DNA of 64,000 nucleotides from Candidatus Dormiibacterota bacterium. Its GTDB lineage: Bacteria; Acidobacteriota; Terriglobia; Acidiferrales; UBA7541. The notes under the pieces were generated by a model. That model was not told where the DNA came from and ran no database searches. It saw nothing but the letters and a program-made list of their open reading frames with translations. The position numbers and the translations under genes were made by a program. This document shows, piece by piece, positions 8,180 through 17,568 of the stretch (positions are counted from its first letter, which is position 1; each line of letters opens with the position of its first letter). The stretch spans positions 15,269-79,268 of the forward strand of contig DATNMX010000044.1 in assembly GCA_035602135.1 (NCBI GenBank), read 5' to 3'.

Positions 8180-10048
8180 ATGAGGAGCTTCATGCGTCCG
8201 TTGTTTCTTCCCGCTCTTTGCTTGGCCATCATTCCGGTTCTTGCTGCGTGCGGGGGCGGCACTATTACCACCCCGCCAGTCACTAGCCCCCCGACGCCCT
8301 CCAGCACATTCCTTGTGTCTCCGGCGGTTGTGACCATAGGAACTTTCGCTCAGCAACAGTTCACCGCATTCCTCAATGGGCAAGCGACGAGCGCGGTGAC
8401 GTGGAAAGTAAACGGAACAACCGGGGGTAGCCTCCAGTTCGGATTCATTTCACTTGCTGGGCTTTACGGCGCACCTGGCGGCGTACCAACGAAGTCTACC
8501 GGTCCTCCCGACAACTCGAGTGAGACGACCACGTTGATGGTAACTGCGGTGTTGACGGCCAATCCAGGAACCACGGCTTCTGCAACGGTTACTCTCCTAC
8601 CCATCAATCAGAGCACACAGACGGTGGCCATCAAAATGGGCACTTCGGGTGGAAACACGAAGAACACCACGAGCGGATTTTGCTGCAGCGGTACGCTCGG
8701 AGCTCTGGTCACGCGCGGGGGTACTAAATATGTCCTTAGCAACAACCACGTTCTTGCGCTGAGCGACGGTGCCAGCGTCGGAGACCCCATCGGTCAGCCG
8801 GGCCTGATTGAAGTGAATTGCCGACCTTTGTCCACGACGACTGTTGCAAAACTTTCTGAGTTCTTCAATATGGAGACCGGTCCCGATCCGAAAATCGACG
8901 CAGCCATCGCGCAAGTTGAGCCGGACGGTAACGTCGATTCTTCCGGGAATATTCTGTACCTGGGTTCCACTGCCCCCAATGGCGTACCTGACCCTGGAGC
9001 GCCGCATCAGGGGAGCGGAGTGCCGGCTGCAGTGGGCCAAACCGTGGCAAAGAGCGGCCGGTCAACAGGGCTGACCTGCTCCAGGGTTATGGCTATCGAT
9101 GCAATCACCAGCGTGGAGTTTCAGAAGGGTTGCGGCAGCGGCACCAAGTTCACAGTTCAATTTGCGAGGCAAGTGGATATCGAGGGCGGAAGCTTCAGTG
9201 CGAATGGCGATTCCGGCTCTCTCGTGGTTACGCAAGGCACCGCAGATCCCGTGGGATTGCTCTTCGCCGGATCGGACACGGATACTGTCGCGAATCCTGT
9301 ATCTGATGTCCTGAACACATTTTCGTCGGGCAGTAATAGGCTCACATTTGTCGGCGGGGGCCAGCACCCAGTGATCGGCTGTTCTTTGCCCAGCGTCCCG
9401 CAGTCCGCGGCGACCGTGCAAAGCGTACCTGTGGCGCCGCAATCGCTGCAGAAAGCAGCTTCCGCGCGCGACGCGCACGGTCCGGAGCTTCTGGGGCATC
9501 CTGAAGTGCAGGCTGTCGGTGTCGGCACCAGTTACGACAATCCTGCCGAGTCCGCAGTCCTTTTCTTTGTAACGAAGGGGCAGCAGCGTACGAACCTCCC
9601 CGCGCAAGTAGATGGAATTCGGACACGTATCATCGAACGTGATCTTTTTGCGCGACGAGGCCAGCTTTCTGAATTGGAAAGCGCGGAGCTGGAGCAGAGC
9701 GTTCCACCGCCCCAGGTGGTCTCTTCCATTTCGGATGCTGAAGTTGACAGAGCGAAAGTCGTGCACACTGCGCACGTAGATGAACTGATGAAGCAGTCAG
9801 GCGTGCAAGGCGTCGGCATCACGTCCAGCGTTGATTCGCCAGGGGAAGCGGCATTGATGATTTTTGTTACCCGCGGCGTTGAACACGGCCCGATTCCAGC
9901 GGTGATCGATGGTTTGCGCACCCGTGTTCGTGAGTCCAGCCGCTTTCGCGGCACGTTGAGTGGCGCGCCTCCTCAGCGCGGGTGTATGGTTCCTGGGACG
10001 AGGACGGCGGCCAAGCCAAGACCCTCCGTGACGCCGGGAAAGTTATAG
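8180..10048 (+). CDS. Exported lipoprotein: Ig-like domain + chymotrypsin-fold (S1) serine protease + two C-terminal tandem repeat modules
   Basis: A lipobox is present (PVLAAC GGG). An Ig-like/Big_2-type segment follows (FLVSPAVVTIGTFAQQQFTAFLNGQATSAVTWKVNG...GLYGAPG...VTLLP). Candidate catalytic triad contexts are SNNHVLA (His), IDAAIAQV (Asp) and NGDSGSLVV (Ser). Two roughly 50-aa repeats lie at about 9488-9636 and 9785-9933. Confidence 0.8.
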   Translation: MRSFMRPLFLPALCLAIIPVLAACGGGTITTPPVTSPPTPSSTFLVSPAVVTIGTFAQQQFTAFLNGQATSAVTWKVNGTTGGSLQFGFISLAGLYGAPGGVPTKSTGPPDNSSETTTLMVTAVLTANPGTTASATVTLLPINQSTQTVAIKMGTSGGNTKNTTSGFCCSGTLGALVTRGGTKYVLSNNHVLALSDGASVGDPIGQPGLIEVNCRPLSTTTVAKLSEFFNMETGPDPKIDAAIAQVEPDGNVDSSGNILYLGSTAPNGVPDPGAPHQGSGVPAAVGQTVAKSGRSTGLTCSRVMAIDAITSVEFQKGCGSGTKFTVQFARQVDIEGGSFSANGDSGSLVVTQGTADPVGLLFAGSDTDTVANPVSDVLNTFSSGSNRLTFVGGGQHPVIGCSLPSVPQSAATVQSVPVAPQSLQKAASARDAHGPELLGHPEVQAVGVGTSYDNPAESAVLFFVTKGQQRTNLPAQVDGIRTRIIERDLFARRGQLSELESAELEQSVPPPQVVSSISDAEVDRAKVVHTAHVDELMKQSGVQGVGITSSVDSPGEAALMIFVTRGVEHGPIPAVIDGLRTRVRESSRFRGTLSGAPPQRGCMVPGTRTAAKPRPSVTPGKL

Positions 10049-10127
10049 CCGACTTGCCCAGATGCTGCTCGTGCTGCCGTGTGCTACGCTCTCGTTATAA
10101 AATACAAATTATAATCCGGAGGTTTTC

Positions 10128-10499
10128 ATGGCCCACGCACCAAAATTCTTAAAACTCGTCCAGGAAGCAAAATCCCGCGTTAAGGAAACGAACGTTTCAG
10201 AGGTAAAGCGCCGCATTGCTGCTGGGGAAAAATTTGTGTTGATCGATGTCCGCGAAGACAACGAGTGGACAAATGGTCATGTACCCGGCGCAGTTCACCT
10301 GGGCAAAGGCATCATCGAGCGGGACGTTGAGCAGCGCGTGCCGGACACTAACACGAAACTGATACTGTACTGCGGTGGCGGATTTCGATCGGCGCTAGTC
10401 GCTGACAATCTCCAAAAAATGGGCTACACCGACGTGGAATCGATGGACGGCGGCTGGAAGGGCTGGGTGGATGCCGGCCTCCCGACCTCCAAGGATTAA
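10128..10499 (+). CDS. Single-domain rhodanese-like sulfurtransferase
   Basis: A GGAGG Shine-Dalgarno precedes the start. The rhodanese pattern is LIDVREDNEWTNGHVPGAVHL...LILYCGGGFRSALVA...GYTDVESMDGGWKGW, with the active-site Cys in the CGGGFRS loop. Confidence 0.9.
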   Translation: MAHAPKFLKLVQEAKSRVKETNVSEVKRRIAAGEKFVLIDVREDNEWTNGHVPGAVHLGKGIIERDVEQRVPDTNTKLILYCGGGFRSALVADNLQKMGYTDVESMDGGWKGWVDAGLPTSKD

Positions 10500-10561
10500 A
10501 AGCACCGGTGGCGCACGAAACGCGGCTCTATAACTCACTTAGCTTTCACGAAATAATTTAG

Positions 10562-10599
10562 GAAATTTGGCTGGGGCGGAAGAATTCGAAAATTAACAG
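10562..10599 (-). repeat. Decayed partial copy of the tRNA-Asn 3' half (att-like direct repeat of 17052-17101)
   Basis: 10563-10590 matches 17052-17079 at 27 of 28 positions. After a 13-nt gap, 10592-10599 (attaacag) matches 17094-17101, the anticodon loop. It has the same orientation as the intact tRNA. Confidence 0.85.
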
Positions 10600-11099
10600 C
10601 TGCCCGTGCCAAGCCCTCTAAAATAGAACCGATCCACTGGTTCCAAACATTTACGCTGGCCTTGGTGTAAGCGATCTTAAGCCATGGTAAGCCCATATAC
10701 TTAAAACTACCCTTTGAAAAGGTAGTCCTCCGTTGAGAGCCTTGCCACCCTGAGCTCGGCGGCAACAGACGGCTCGGAGTCTGCGTCCCTGGAGCCCATC
10801 GAGGAGATTGTTCTCCTTCTTCGTAAGCTTACAAGTTTCAAGTAGAGTTCTTATTGACAGGGTTCTCTTGCCTGTGATACCAAGCGGCTACAAAACAGTC
10901 TTGCGGGAGGGGCGGGCACCGTTTCAGCTATTAGTGGTTGCGGCGGACCGGCAGAGTTCATTCAGCAACGACTGTCTCTACGCGAATAAGGCATTTCAAA
11001 CGATCTGTTTTTCAAGTGTCGCAACTTTGCCCGCCATTGTTCATTATCGATCAGCGCCACAGCGCCGCTCTGGGACTTCTCTTGACAGGAGGAATAGTT

Positions 11100-14000
11100 A
11101 TGAAACTTGCGAGACTTTTGTCAGGTAGTTGTTTGGCGCGAAGTGCCACTGGAGATCGCGCAGGGCCAGTTCGTCGATTTCCCTTCGGCAAACCGATGCT
11201 CAGTGCGATTGTCCTTGTGACATTGGTGTTTTTGCTGATCGCTTCGCGCGCCTGGACGCAGTCCACCACGTCAGTTCGCGGCACGGTGACAGATCCAAGC
11301 GGTGGCGCTGTAGTCGGAGCAACTGTCGTTCTGTCAAATTCGGAGTCCAAGATAGAACGCACAGTTGCGGCCGGTGGCCAGGGCGAATACCAGTTCCTCT
11401 TCCTGCCGCCGGGAACGTACGATTTGACAGTTTCCGCTACGGGCTTTACGAACTATAAACAGACTGGTTTACAACTCTTAGTCAACACGCCGACGACCGC
11501 CAATGTGGAACTGAAGCTTGGGGGCACGGCACAGAGTGTTAGGGTGACAAGTGAGGCGCCGGTTTTGAACATGGTCGATGCCTCGCTCGGAAATCCCTTC
11601 AGCGAAACCCAGGTAAAGCAAATCCCGCTCGATGGTCGCAACGTTCCAGAGTTGCTCAGCCTGCAGGCCGGCGTAGCCTATACGGGCAACCGGTCTGATT
11701 TGCAATCAAACAATTATAAAGATCAGGACACCCGCAGCGGGGCAGTGAACGGAGCGCGCAGTGATCAGAGCAATATCTTGCTCGACGGCGTGGACGTGAA
11801 CGACCAGTCCAGCGGCTATGCCTTCACCTCCGTGCTGCCAGTCACTTTGGATTCCGTGGAGGAGTTCCGCGTCACGACCACGAATTACGGTGCGGAACAA
11901 GGCGAGGGCTCCGGCGCTCAAGTCGCGTTGGTTACCAAGAGCGGCACGGATAAATTTCATGGTTCGCTCTACGAATACAACCGCAACACGGCTACCAGCG
12001 CCAACGACTATCTTGTCAAAATAGCCGAAAACCGAGTTGGTTTGCCGAACAAGCCTCTCAAGCTCATTCGCAACGTCTTTGGAGGATCCATCGGAGGCCC
12101 CGTTCAGAAGAACCGGCTGTTTTTCTTCATTAACTATGAAGGAACGCGCCAAAGGGAAGAACACACTCAGGTGCGAAACATTCCTACTCCCACGCTTCGT
12201 GATGGCGTTATCCAGTATGTATGCGCCGTCGCATCGCAATGTCCAGCTTCGACAGATCCCAGCTTCCAGACGGCGCAGTGCCCACAGGGTGGCGTGCCCG
12301 GCCTCAGCGGGAACTGCTACACATGGGCCGCTGGCGTCAGGGCCTTGAGTCCGGCGCAGATCACTGCATTGGATCCGCTATCCACGAATCCGCCATCCGG
12401 CTACACGGGTCCGGTGGGACCAAATCCAGTCATGCTCAAATATTTGAATCAAACTTACGGCAAGTTCACTCCGAATGATCCTTCTATTGGCGATGCACTG
12501 AACTACGAGGGCTTCCGCTTCCGTGCTCCATTCAGTTTGGATAACAATGCCGTCATAGCGCGTATCGATTACTACCTCACTAAGGATGCGAAACATACCT
12601 TGTTCTGGCGCGGGGCTCTTCAAAACTTGTCCAATCCTCAGGAACCTTTCTTGCCGGGGTCGCCGTCCGAGCAGACGGTGCTGGACCACAGCAAAGGGTT
12701 CGTTGTCGGATACACCAGCGTCCTCAGCCCATCTCTCGCCAATACCTTTCACTGGGGATTCACCCGGCAAAGCACGGCTTTTATCGGGAACAGCAACCGG
12801 GCTTGGAACACATTCGCAACCCTCGACCAAGGTATCAATTACAGTCACAGTTTTCAGGTCCCGGTGCACAACCTGCTCGACGACCTCTCCTGGACAAAGG
12901 CGGGGCACACTTTTCAATTCGGCGCCAATCTCGGGTTCGTGCGCGATCCTCGTGTCAGTTTTCTTCATTCGTTCAGTGTTGGGAAAGGGCAAACGTTCTG
13001 GATGGCTCCCGTGGCCTTCGCCAATACTGCAGGTCCTGGCTGCCCGACGGGAGTCGGCAGCCCGCTGGATCCCTGCTACGGTGGGTTCGCAGAACCCGCC
13101 TCCACCACAGCATACGACTTCCCTATGTTGGGACTGCTTGGCATGGTTTCTCTCGTGACCTCGAACTTGAACTACGACCGGCAAGGTAACCCTTTGCTTC
13201 CGGGTGCTGCGGTAAAGCGGAACTGGGGGATGGATTGGTACGAGTTTTATGGACAGGACTCTTGGCGCATCAAACGCAATTTGACGCTGACGTACGGATT
13301 ACGGTGGTCGCTTTTTCCGCCGCCTTGGGAGGTGAACGGTTTCCAGGCATCTCCGCTATGTTCGGATGCCGCGGCTGCGGCCAATGGAACTCCCGCGTGC
13401 CCAACTGGAAGCTTCGACTTGGGGAAATACTTCAATCAGAATCTCCAGAACATGCAGAAGGGTCTGGGCTATGCCGATGCTCCGCTTGTATCGTTTGGAC
13501 TCGGAGGACCAGTGAACAATGGCCCCGGACTCTATCATTTTGAAAAGTCAGACTTCTCACCGCGAGTCTCCGTCGCCTACTCCCCTCGTCCACCAAGCGG
13601 GTGGCTAAAGACTCTCTTCGGTGAAGGAGATACGACCGTTATTCGAGCGGGCATCAGCAGAGTGTACGATCGTGCCGGCATGCAGTTGCTCAACACCTTC
13701 GACGCCAACGCACCCGGCGGCTTATCCTCTACGGTGCAAAATCCATGCTGCATTGATGGCGCCGGTCAGGTGGCACGCATCACGGATCTGAACGTGATAC
13801 CCGCCACCAATGTGGTCGGCAACACGTACCTCGCGTCGGCGTCAAAGATAACCTTTCCCCAGACGCCCGCGCAATTCGGCGAGGCCATTACCTGGGGAGT
13901 CGACCAGTCCGTTAAGACGCCCCATGCTTACGCATTTGACTTTTCCGTCGGACGCCAACTACCGGGTGGATTCTCGCTGCAGTTGTCCTACGTCGGCCGC

Positions 14001-15311
14001 TTGGGCCGCCGCCTGCTAACGCAGCGCGATTTGATGCAGCCTCTCGATCTCGTGGACCCCAAGAGCGGAATCGACTACTTCAAGGCAGCTACTGCGATTT
14101 CACAATTGGCCCAAAGTCCGAATAATGGTCCCGCTGGTCCCCTTGCTCCACTCCAGCTGACCCCCGCTCAATTTGATCAGGCGCTTGGCCCGACAGTCGC
14201 CTATTGGAGCAACCTGCTTAAAGCGTCGGGATCCAGCACAGCTCCCGCGGTCGGCACTGCGTACCTGATGCCTACCGGAGCCACTACAACAGATATTGCC
14301 CAGGCCGCTTACGCCCTGTACGTAACTTCCGGAGCATTTACCGGAGATGAGGTCGTGGGGCTTGGCAATATCGACCTTTTCGGCTTATTGAAGGACACCT
14401 CCAGTAACCAATATTTCTTTAACGGCAAGACGGGAGAACTCCTGAATCAGCAATTGACGACCAGTTATGCGTGGAGCTCGATTGGCAGGTCGAATTACAA
14501 CGGGTTGCAAGTCAACGTAAGGAAGCAGTTCCGCCACGGAGTCCAGTTCGACCTGAACTACACTTATTCCAAGTCCATTGATTTCACGTCCGGCGCCACT
14601 CGGCTCGGGTTTAGCGGCACGGCTAATATCGGGGCACCCGGTAGCCGGCTGGTGAATGCATTTTCACCGGGTCAAGTTCGCGCCGTCTCAGATTTTGATA
14701 CCACGCATCAAATTAACGTCAATTGGATCGCGGAATTGCCGTTTGGCAAGGGGCGAGCGTTTGGCCATGACGCCAGCACGGCGTTGGATGCACTTGTCGG
14801 CGGCTGGCAACTTTCGGGTCTGGCCCGCTGGACCACAGGATTTCCCTTTACCGTGGATAATGGCCAGTTCTGGGCCACGAACTGGGACGAGCAGGGAAGC
14901 GGCCAGCTGATCGCCATTCCAAAAACCGGGGCCTTCAAGCAGCCGGACGGCACCGTCAGCGTCTTTGCAAACCCAACTGCTGCGCTAAACGATTTCGTCC
15001 ATCCCTTCCCGGGCCAGAGTGGTTCGCGCAATGTCCTGCGAGGCCAGGGCTACGCCGGATTGGACATGAGTCTCAGCAAGCGCTGGAGCCTTCCGCACGA
15101 GGGACACCGCCTACAATTCCGGTGGGAAGTATTCAACGTGCCGAATCTCAAGCGGTTCAATGTGCTCCCAAGTGGCGCCACGGGTCTCACCAACGGCCTT
15201 GGGGATAGTGGTGTTCCCACGCTGACACAAGTGCCAAGCGCTTTCGGGGATTACGCCGGCCTTCTGACTTCGCCGCGCGTCATGCAGTTTGCTCTGCGGT
15301 ACGAGTTCTGA
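11100..15311 (+). CDS. TonB-dependent outer-membrane receptor with an N-terminal carboxypeptidase-regulatory-like domain (about 1404 aa)
   Basis: The ATG at 11100 is preceded by GGAGGA; the track ORF extends upstream to 10938. A signal/TM region is followed by the CarboxypepD_reg pattern (VRGTVTDPSGGAVVGATVVL...GEYQFLFLPPGTYDLTVSATGF). A plug-like segment follows (IPLDGRNVPELLSLQAGV). The body is long and beta-rich, and it ends in an OMP-type terminus ...ALRYEF. Confidence 0.9.
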   Translation: MKLARLLSGSCLARSATGDRAGPVRRFPFGKPMLSAIVLVTLVFLLIASRAWTQSTTSVRGTVTDPSGGAVVGATVVLSNSESKIERTVAAGGQGEYQFLFLPPGTYDLTVSATGFTNYKQTGLQLLVNTPTTANVELKLGGTAQSVRVTSEAPVLNMVDASLGNPFSETQVKQIPLDGRNVPELLSLQAGVAYTGNRSDLQSNNYKDQDTRSGAVNGARSDQSNILLDGVDVNDQSSGYAFTSVLPVTLDSVEEFRVTTTNYGAEQGEGSGAQVALVTKSGTDKFHGSLYEYNRNTATSANDYLVKIAENRVGLPNKPLKLIRNVFGGSIGGPVQKNRLFFFINYEGTRQREEHTQVRNIPTPTLRDGVIQYVCAVASQCPASTDPSFQTAQCPQGGVPGLSGNCYTWAAGVRALSPAQITALDPLSTNPPSGYTGPVGPNPVMLKYLNQTYGKFTPNDPSIGDALNYEGFRFRAPFSLDNNAVIARIDYYLTKDAKHTLFWRGALQNLSNPQEPFLPGSPSEQTVLDHSKGFVVGYTSVLSPSLANTFHWGFTRQSTAFIGNSNRAWNTFATLDQGINYSHSFQVPVHNLLDDLSWTKAGHTFQFGANLGFVRDPRVSFLHSFSVGKGQTFWMAPVAFANTAGPGCPTGVGSPLDPCYGGFAEPASTTAYDFPMLGLLGMVSLVTSNLNYDRQGNPLLPGAAVKRNWGMDWYEFYGQDSWRIKRNLTLTYGLRWSLFPPPWEVNGFQASPLCSDAAAAANGTPACPTGSFDLGKYFNQNLQNMQKGLGYADAPLVSFGLGGPVNNGPGLYHFEKSDFSPRVSVAYSPRPPSGWLKTLFGEGDTTVIRAGISRVYDRAGMQLLNTFDANAPGGLSSTVQNPCCIDGAGQVARITDLNVIPATNVVGNTYLASASKITFPQTPAQFGEAITWGVDQSVKTPHAYAFDFSVGRQLPGGFSLQLSYVGRLGRRLLTQRDLMQPLDLVDPKSGIDYFKAATAISQLAQSPNNGPAGPLAPLQLTPAQFDQALGPTVAYWSNLLKASGSSTAPAVGTAYLMPTGATTTDIAQAAYALYVTSGAFTGDEVVGLGNIDLFGLLKDTSSNQYFFNGKTGELLNQQLTTSYAWSSIGRSNYNGLQVNVRKQFRHGVQFDLNYTYSKSIDFTSGATRLGFSGTANIGAPGSRLVNAFSPGQVRAVSDFDTTHQINVNWIAELPFGKGRAFGHDASTALDALVGGWQLSGLARWTTGFPFTVDNGQFWATNWDEQGSGQLIAIPKTGAFKQPDGTVSVFANPTAALNDFVHPFPGQSGSRNVLRGQGYAGLDMSLSKRWSLPHEGHRLQFRWEVFNVPNLKRFNVLPSGATGLTNGLGDSGVPTLTQVPSAFGDYAGLLTSPRVMQFALRYEF

Positions 15312-15331
15312 GGAAATGACCGGTCGCCCGG

Positions 15332-15354
15332 CGGCTGTTTCTTGGCAGCCGTTT
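15332..15354 (+). terminator. Possible weak intrinsic terminator after the receptor gene
   Basis: CGGCTG (15332-15337) pairs with CAGCCG (15346-15351) around an 8-nt loop, followed by TTT. The stem is short, so this is only suggestive. Confidence 0.3.
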
Positions 15355-15460
15355 GGCTACTGGGACCGCGGACTCCAGAGTTCCGTGTTTCTCACGTCAG
15401 GAAAAGTGTGCTGACACCCAACGAACCAGACTCGCGTGCCAGACTTCGGTCTTCAACTTT

Positions 15461-16852
15461 ATGATCACACTCGCTCGTAAGCTAAGGTTGGCCGACTATT
15501 TTGCGTTGGGTTTTGGCACGATGGTAGGCACCGCGTGGCTGGTGGTCATGGATGACCTGCTGCAGCGCGGCGGACCTCTTGGAACGCTTCTCGGATTCAC
15601 GGCGGGGGCCCTCATGCTGCTCCCCATCGGTTATGTCTATGGCAAACTTGTCAGAGCCATGCCCGATGCCGCAGGCGAAGTAGCCTACACGGCCCGGGTC
15701 TTTCCTCCGTCGGTAAGTTTCGTGACTGGTTGGATGATGTTCCTGGCCTATTTTTTGACTTGCCCGTTCGAAGCCCTGGCAGCGGGAAGAATAACCGGAT
15801 ACTTATTTCCATCACTGAACGCCATCGAGCTGTATCGTTTGGGCGGTCACCCTGTCTATCTGCCGCACATTGTCCTCGGCCTCATTATTACGGGGTTCTT
15901 CACTGCTTTGAACTATCAGGGAATCCGGGCCAGTACGAGATTTCTGAAATTCACGACTTTTACGTTTCTCACGCTCGTCATAATATTTGCCGTTGCCGGG
16001 GCAGCTCATGGCTCGGCTGCAAATTTCCATCCATTGTTCAGTCACGCCCCGATGATTTCCGTCTTGCTTGTTTGGCAGGTTGTTCCCTGGCTGATGTCTG
16101 GCTTTGAGTCGGTGGGGAAGAGCGCCGAGGAAGCCAGTCCGGATTTCCACGGCGGTAATTTTTCGGTGGTTATCATTCTGACGATTTTTGTGGGACTGTG
16201 GTTCTTCTGGGTAGTGATCTCGGCGGTCTCATTCGTGTCTCCCTGGCAAAGTCTGAACAGCACTTTGCAATTTCCGACGGCGGTGGCATTCGAACGCGCG
16301 CTGCACGCCCATTGGATTGTGAATTTGATCCTTGCCTCGGCGTTGGTCGCACTGCTGCAGGCCTTCAATGCAAATATGGTGGCCTCCTCCCGTTTGTTAT
16401 TTGCTATGGGACGACGAAGCCTGCTCCTTCCTAACATGGGAGTCATTCATCCGGTTAACCAGACCCCGGCGATGGCCATTTTTGCGGTGGGAATGTCCAC
16501 GGCGCTGGCGATTTTTCTAGGCGAGGCGGGGTTGGTTCCCATCCTGGAAGTAGGAGCAGTGGCTTGCGCCGTGGGCTGGATGTTCGCCTGCGCTTCCTAC
16601 TACCGCCTGAAGCCGCCGTTGGTCGGACGCGCCGCTGCACTCTTTGGTCTCGTGGTTACATCGCTGATGATCCTGGTCAAAGTGGTACCCCTAGTTCCAG
16701 GGCACTTCACCCGCTATGAATGGATCGCGCTAACCATCTGGGGTTCCATGGGACTTTTGGTCAGCATCCCTGGGCGAAGGAATCAGAAGCGCCTTGAGGA
16801 GCTGGCCCGGGACGCGGCGGTGCCAGCCAGCGCCAACATCCTGAACTCGTAG
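15461..16852 (+). CDS. APC-superfamily amino acid/polyamine permease
   Basis: The start is most likely the ATG at 15461 (MITLARKLRLADYFALGFGTMVGTAWLV); the track ORF starts at a TTG at 15353. There are about 12 hydrophobic segments. The N-terminal GxG and AELxxxxP-like (AGEVAY) patterns are typical of APC permeases. Confidence 0.85.
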   Translation: MITLARKLRLADYFALGFGTMVGTAWLVVMDDLLQRGGPLGTLLGFTAGALMLLPIGYVYGKLVRAMPDAAGEVAYTARVFPPSVSFVTGWMMFLAYFLTCPFEALAAGRITGYLFPSLNAIELYRLGGHPVYLPHIVLGLIITGFFTALNYQGIRASTRFLKFTTFTFLTLVIIFAVAGAAHGSAANFHPLFSHAPMISVLLVWQVVPWLMSGFESVGKSAEEASPDFHGGNFSVVIILTIFVGLWFFWVVISAVSFVSPWQSLNSTLQFPTAVAFERALHAHWIVNLILASALVALLQAFNANMVASSRLLFAMGRRSLLLPNMGVIHPVNQTPAMAIFAVGMSTALAIFLGEAGLVPILEVGAVACAVGWMFACASYYRLKPPLVGRAAALFGLVVTSLMILVKVVPLVPGHFTRYEWIALTIWGSMGLLVSIPGRRNQKRLEELARDAAVPASANILNS

Positions 16853-17056
16853 GAGGCATTGGGGCGCGAGAGTGCCCCTGATTGCCGCCATCAAGAAATT
16901 CAAGACAGAGTCGTCGCGGAGCTAGAAGATTTCGAGCTGTTGCTAGTGGCGCGCCAATCTTTTCTCTGCACTTGCACACGTGACTCGATCGAATCAGTCG
17001 GACCCGGTATAAAAATCAGCCGGCGCCACCGATACCATTATTCTAGAGGGAAAATT

Positions 17057-17132
17057 TGGCTGGGGCGGAAGGATTCGAACCTTCACCGTCCTCATTAACA
17101 GTGAGGTGTCCTACCAGTTGGACCACGCCCCA
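17057..17132 (-). tRNA. tRNA-Asn (anticodon GTT), 76 nt, CCA encoded
   Basis: Hand-folded from the reverse complement. Acceptor arm: TGGGGCG/CGCCCCA. D arm: GTCC-AACTGGTA-GGAC. Anticodon arm: CCTCA-CTGTTAA-TGAGG, giving GTT. Variable loop: ACGGT. T arm: GAAGG-TTCGAAT-CCTTC. The discriminator is G, followed by CCA. Confidence 0.95.
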
Positions 17133-17568
17133 GCGGCAGTTGCGACCGTTTTTGAAGGTCGCGTTGGAGAGACTCCACCGAGTAAAATTGCAGCAGAGTG
17201 AGCTTCTAAGATACCACGGCCATACGTTTCGCCAAAAGTTGCGGATAAGATTTCTACTCTCCGATTGGAAAGACAAACAACGAATCCTAGGAATGCGCGG
17301 ATAATTTGAATATCGTGTTTACGGTTGAGCGATTCTGAATTTCGCGCCGCAAAGTTCGGAAGTTTCGAAATTATCGCCTCGTTATGCACGCATCATTCTT
17401 CCAGAACAGCGAATCCAATTTGGATGGTGGGTTGCATTCCCGAATGTTTTGTTGGACACTATCGCGTTAAACGCCAGACCCGGGCACACACTTCCCGGTT
17501 AGAGCGTGGTGGACGATCAGGCAGCCGCCTTCTTCCGGTGCGCTCCGCCGCACAAGTGTGACACTGAC

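Noticed and set aside
10535-10765. 76-aa minus-strand ORF in the rhodanese-receptor intergenic region
   Set aside because: It has no Shine-Dalgarno and lies in an AT-rich region. It runs straight through the tRNA-Asn-derived fragment (10562-10599), and the product has no recognisable features. The region is better explained as non-coding att-like/leader DNA.
10600-11099. Possible cobalamin or other riboswitch in the 500-nt leader of the TonB-dependent receptor
   Set aside because: I found only a loose GCCACCCTG resemblance to the B12-box core and none of the other conserved riboswitch segments. The small ACTACC...GGTAGT hairpin alone is not diagnostic. Rfam scanning would be needed.
10938-11099. 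N-terminal 54 codons of the track ORF for the receptor (and ORF 10808..11128)
   Set aside because: The ATG at 11100 has a GGAGGA Shine-Dalgarno and begins the signal sequence. The upstream extension is Arg-rich and non-hydrophobic.
12378-13184. 268-aa minus-strand ORF inside the TonB-dependent receptor gene
   Set aside because: It is the antisense shadow of a 1404-aa gene with clear receptor features.
16859-17389. ORFs 16859..17098 (+), 17043..17276 (-), 17056..17304 (+) and 17111..17389 (-)
   Set aside because: They overlap or run through the tRNA-Asn gene and the AT-rich act promoter region, and they have no ribosome-binding sites or motifs.
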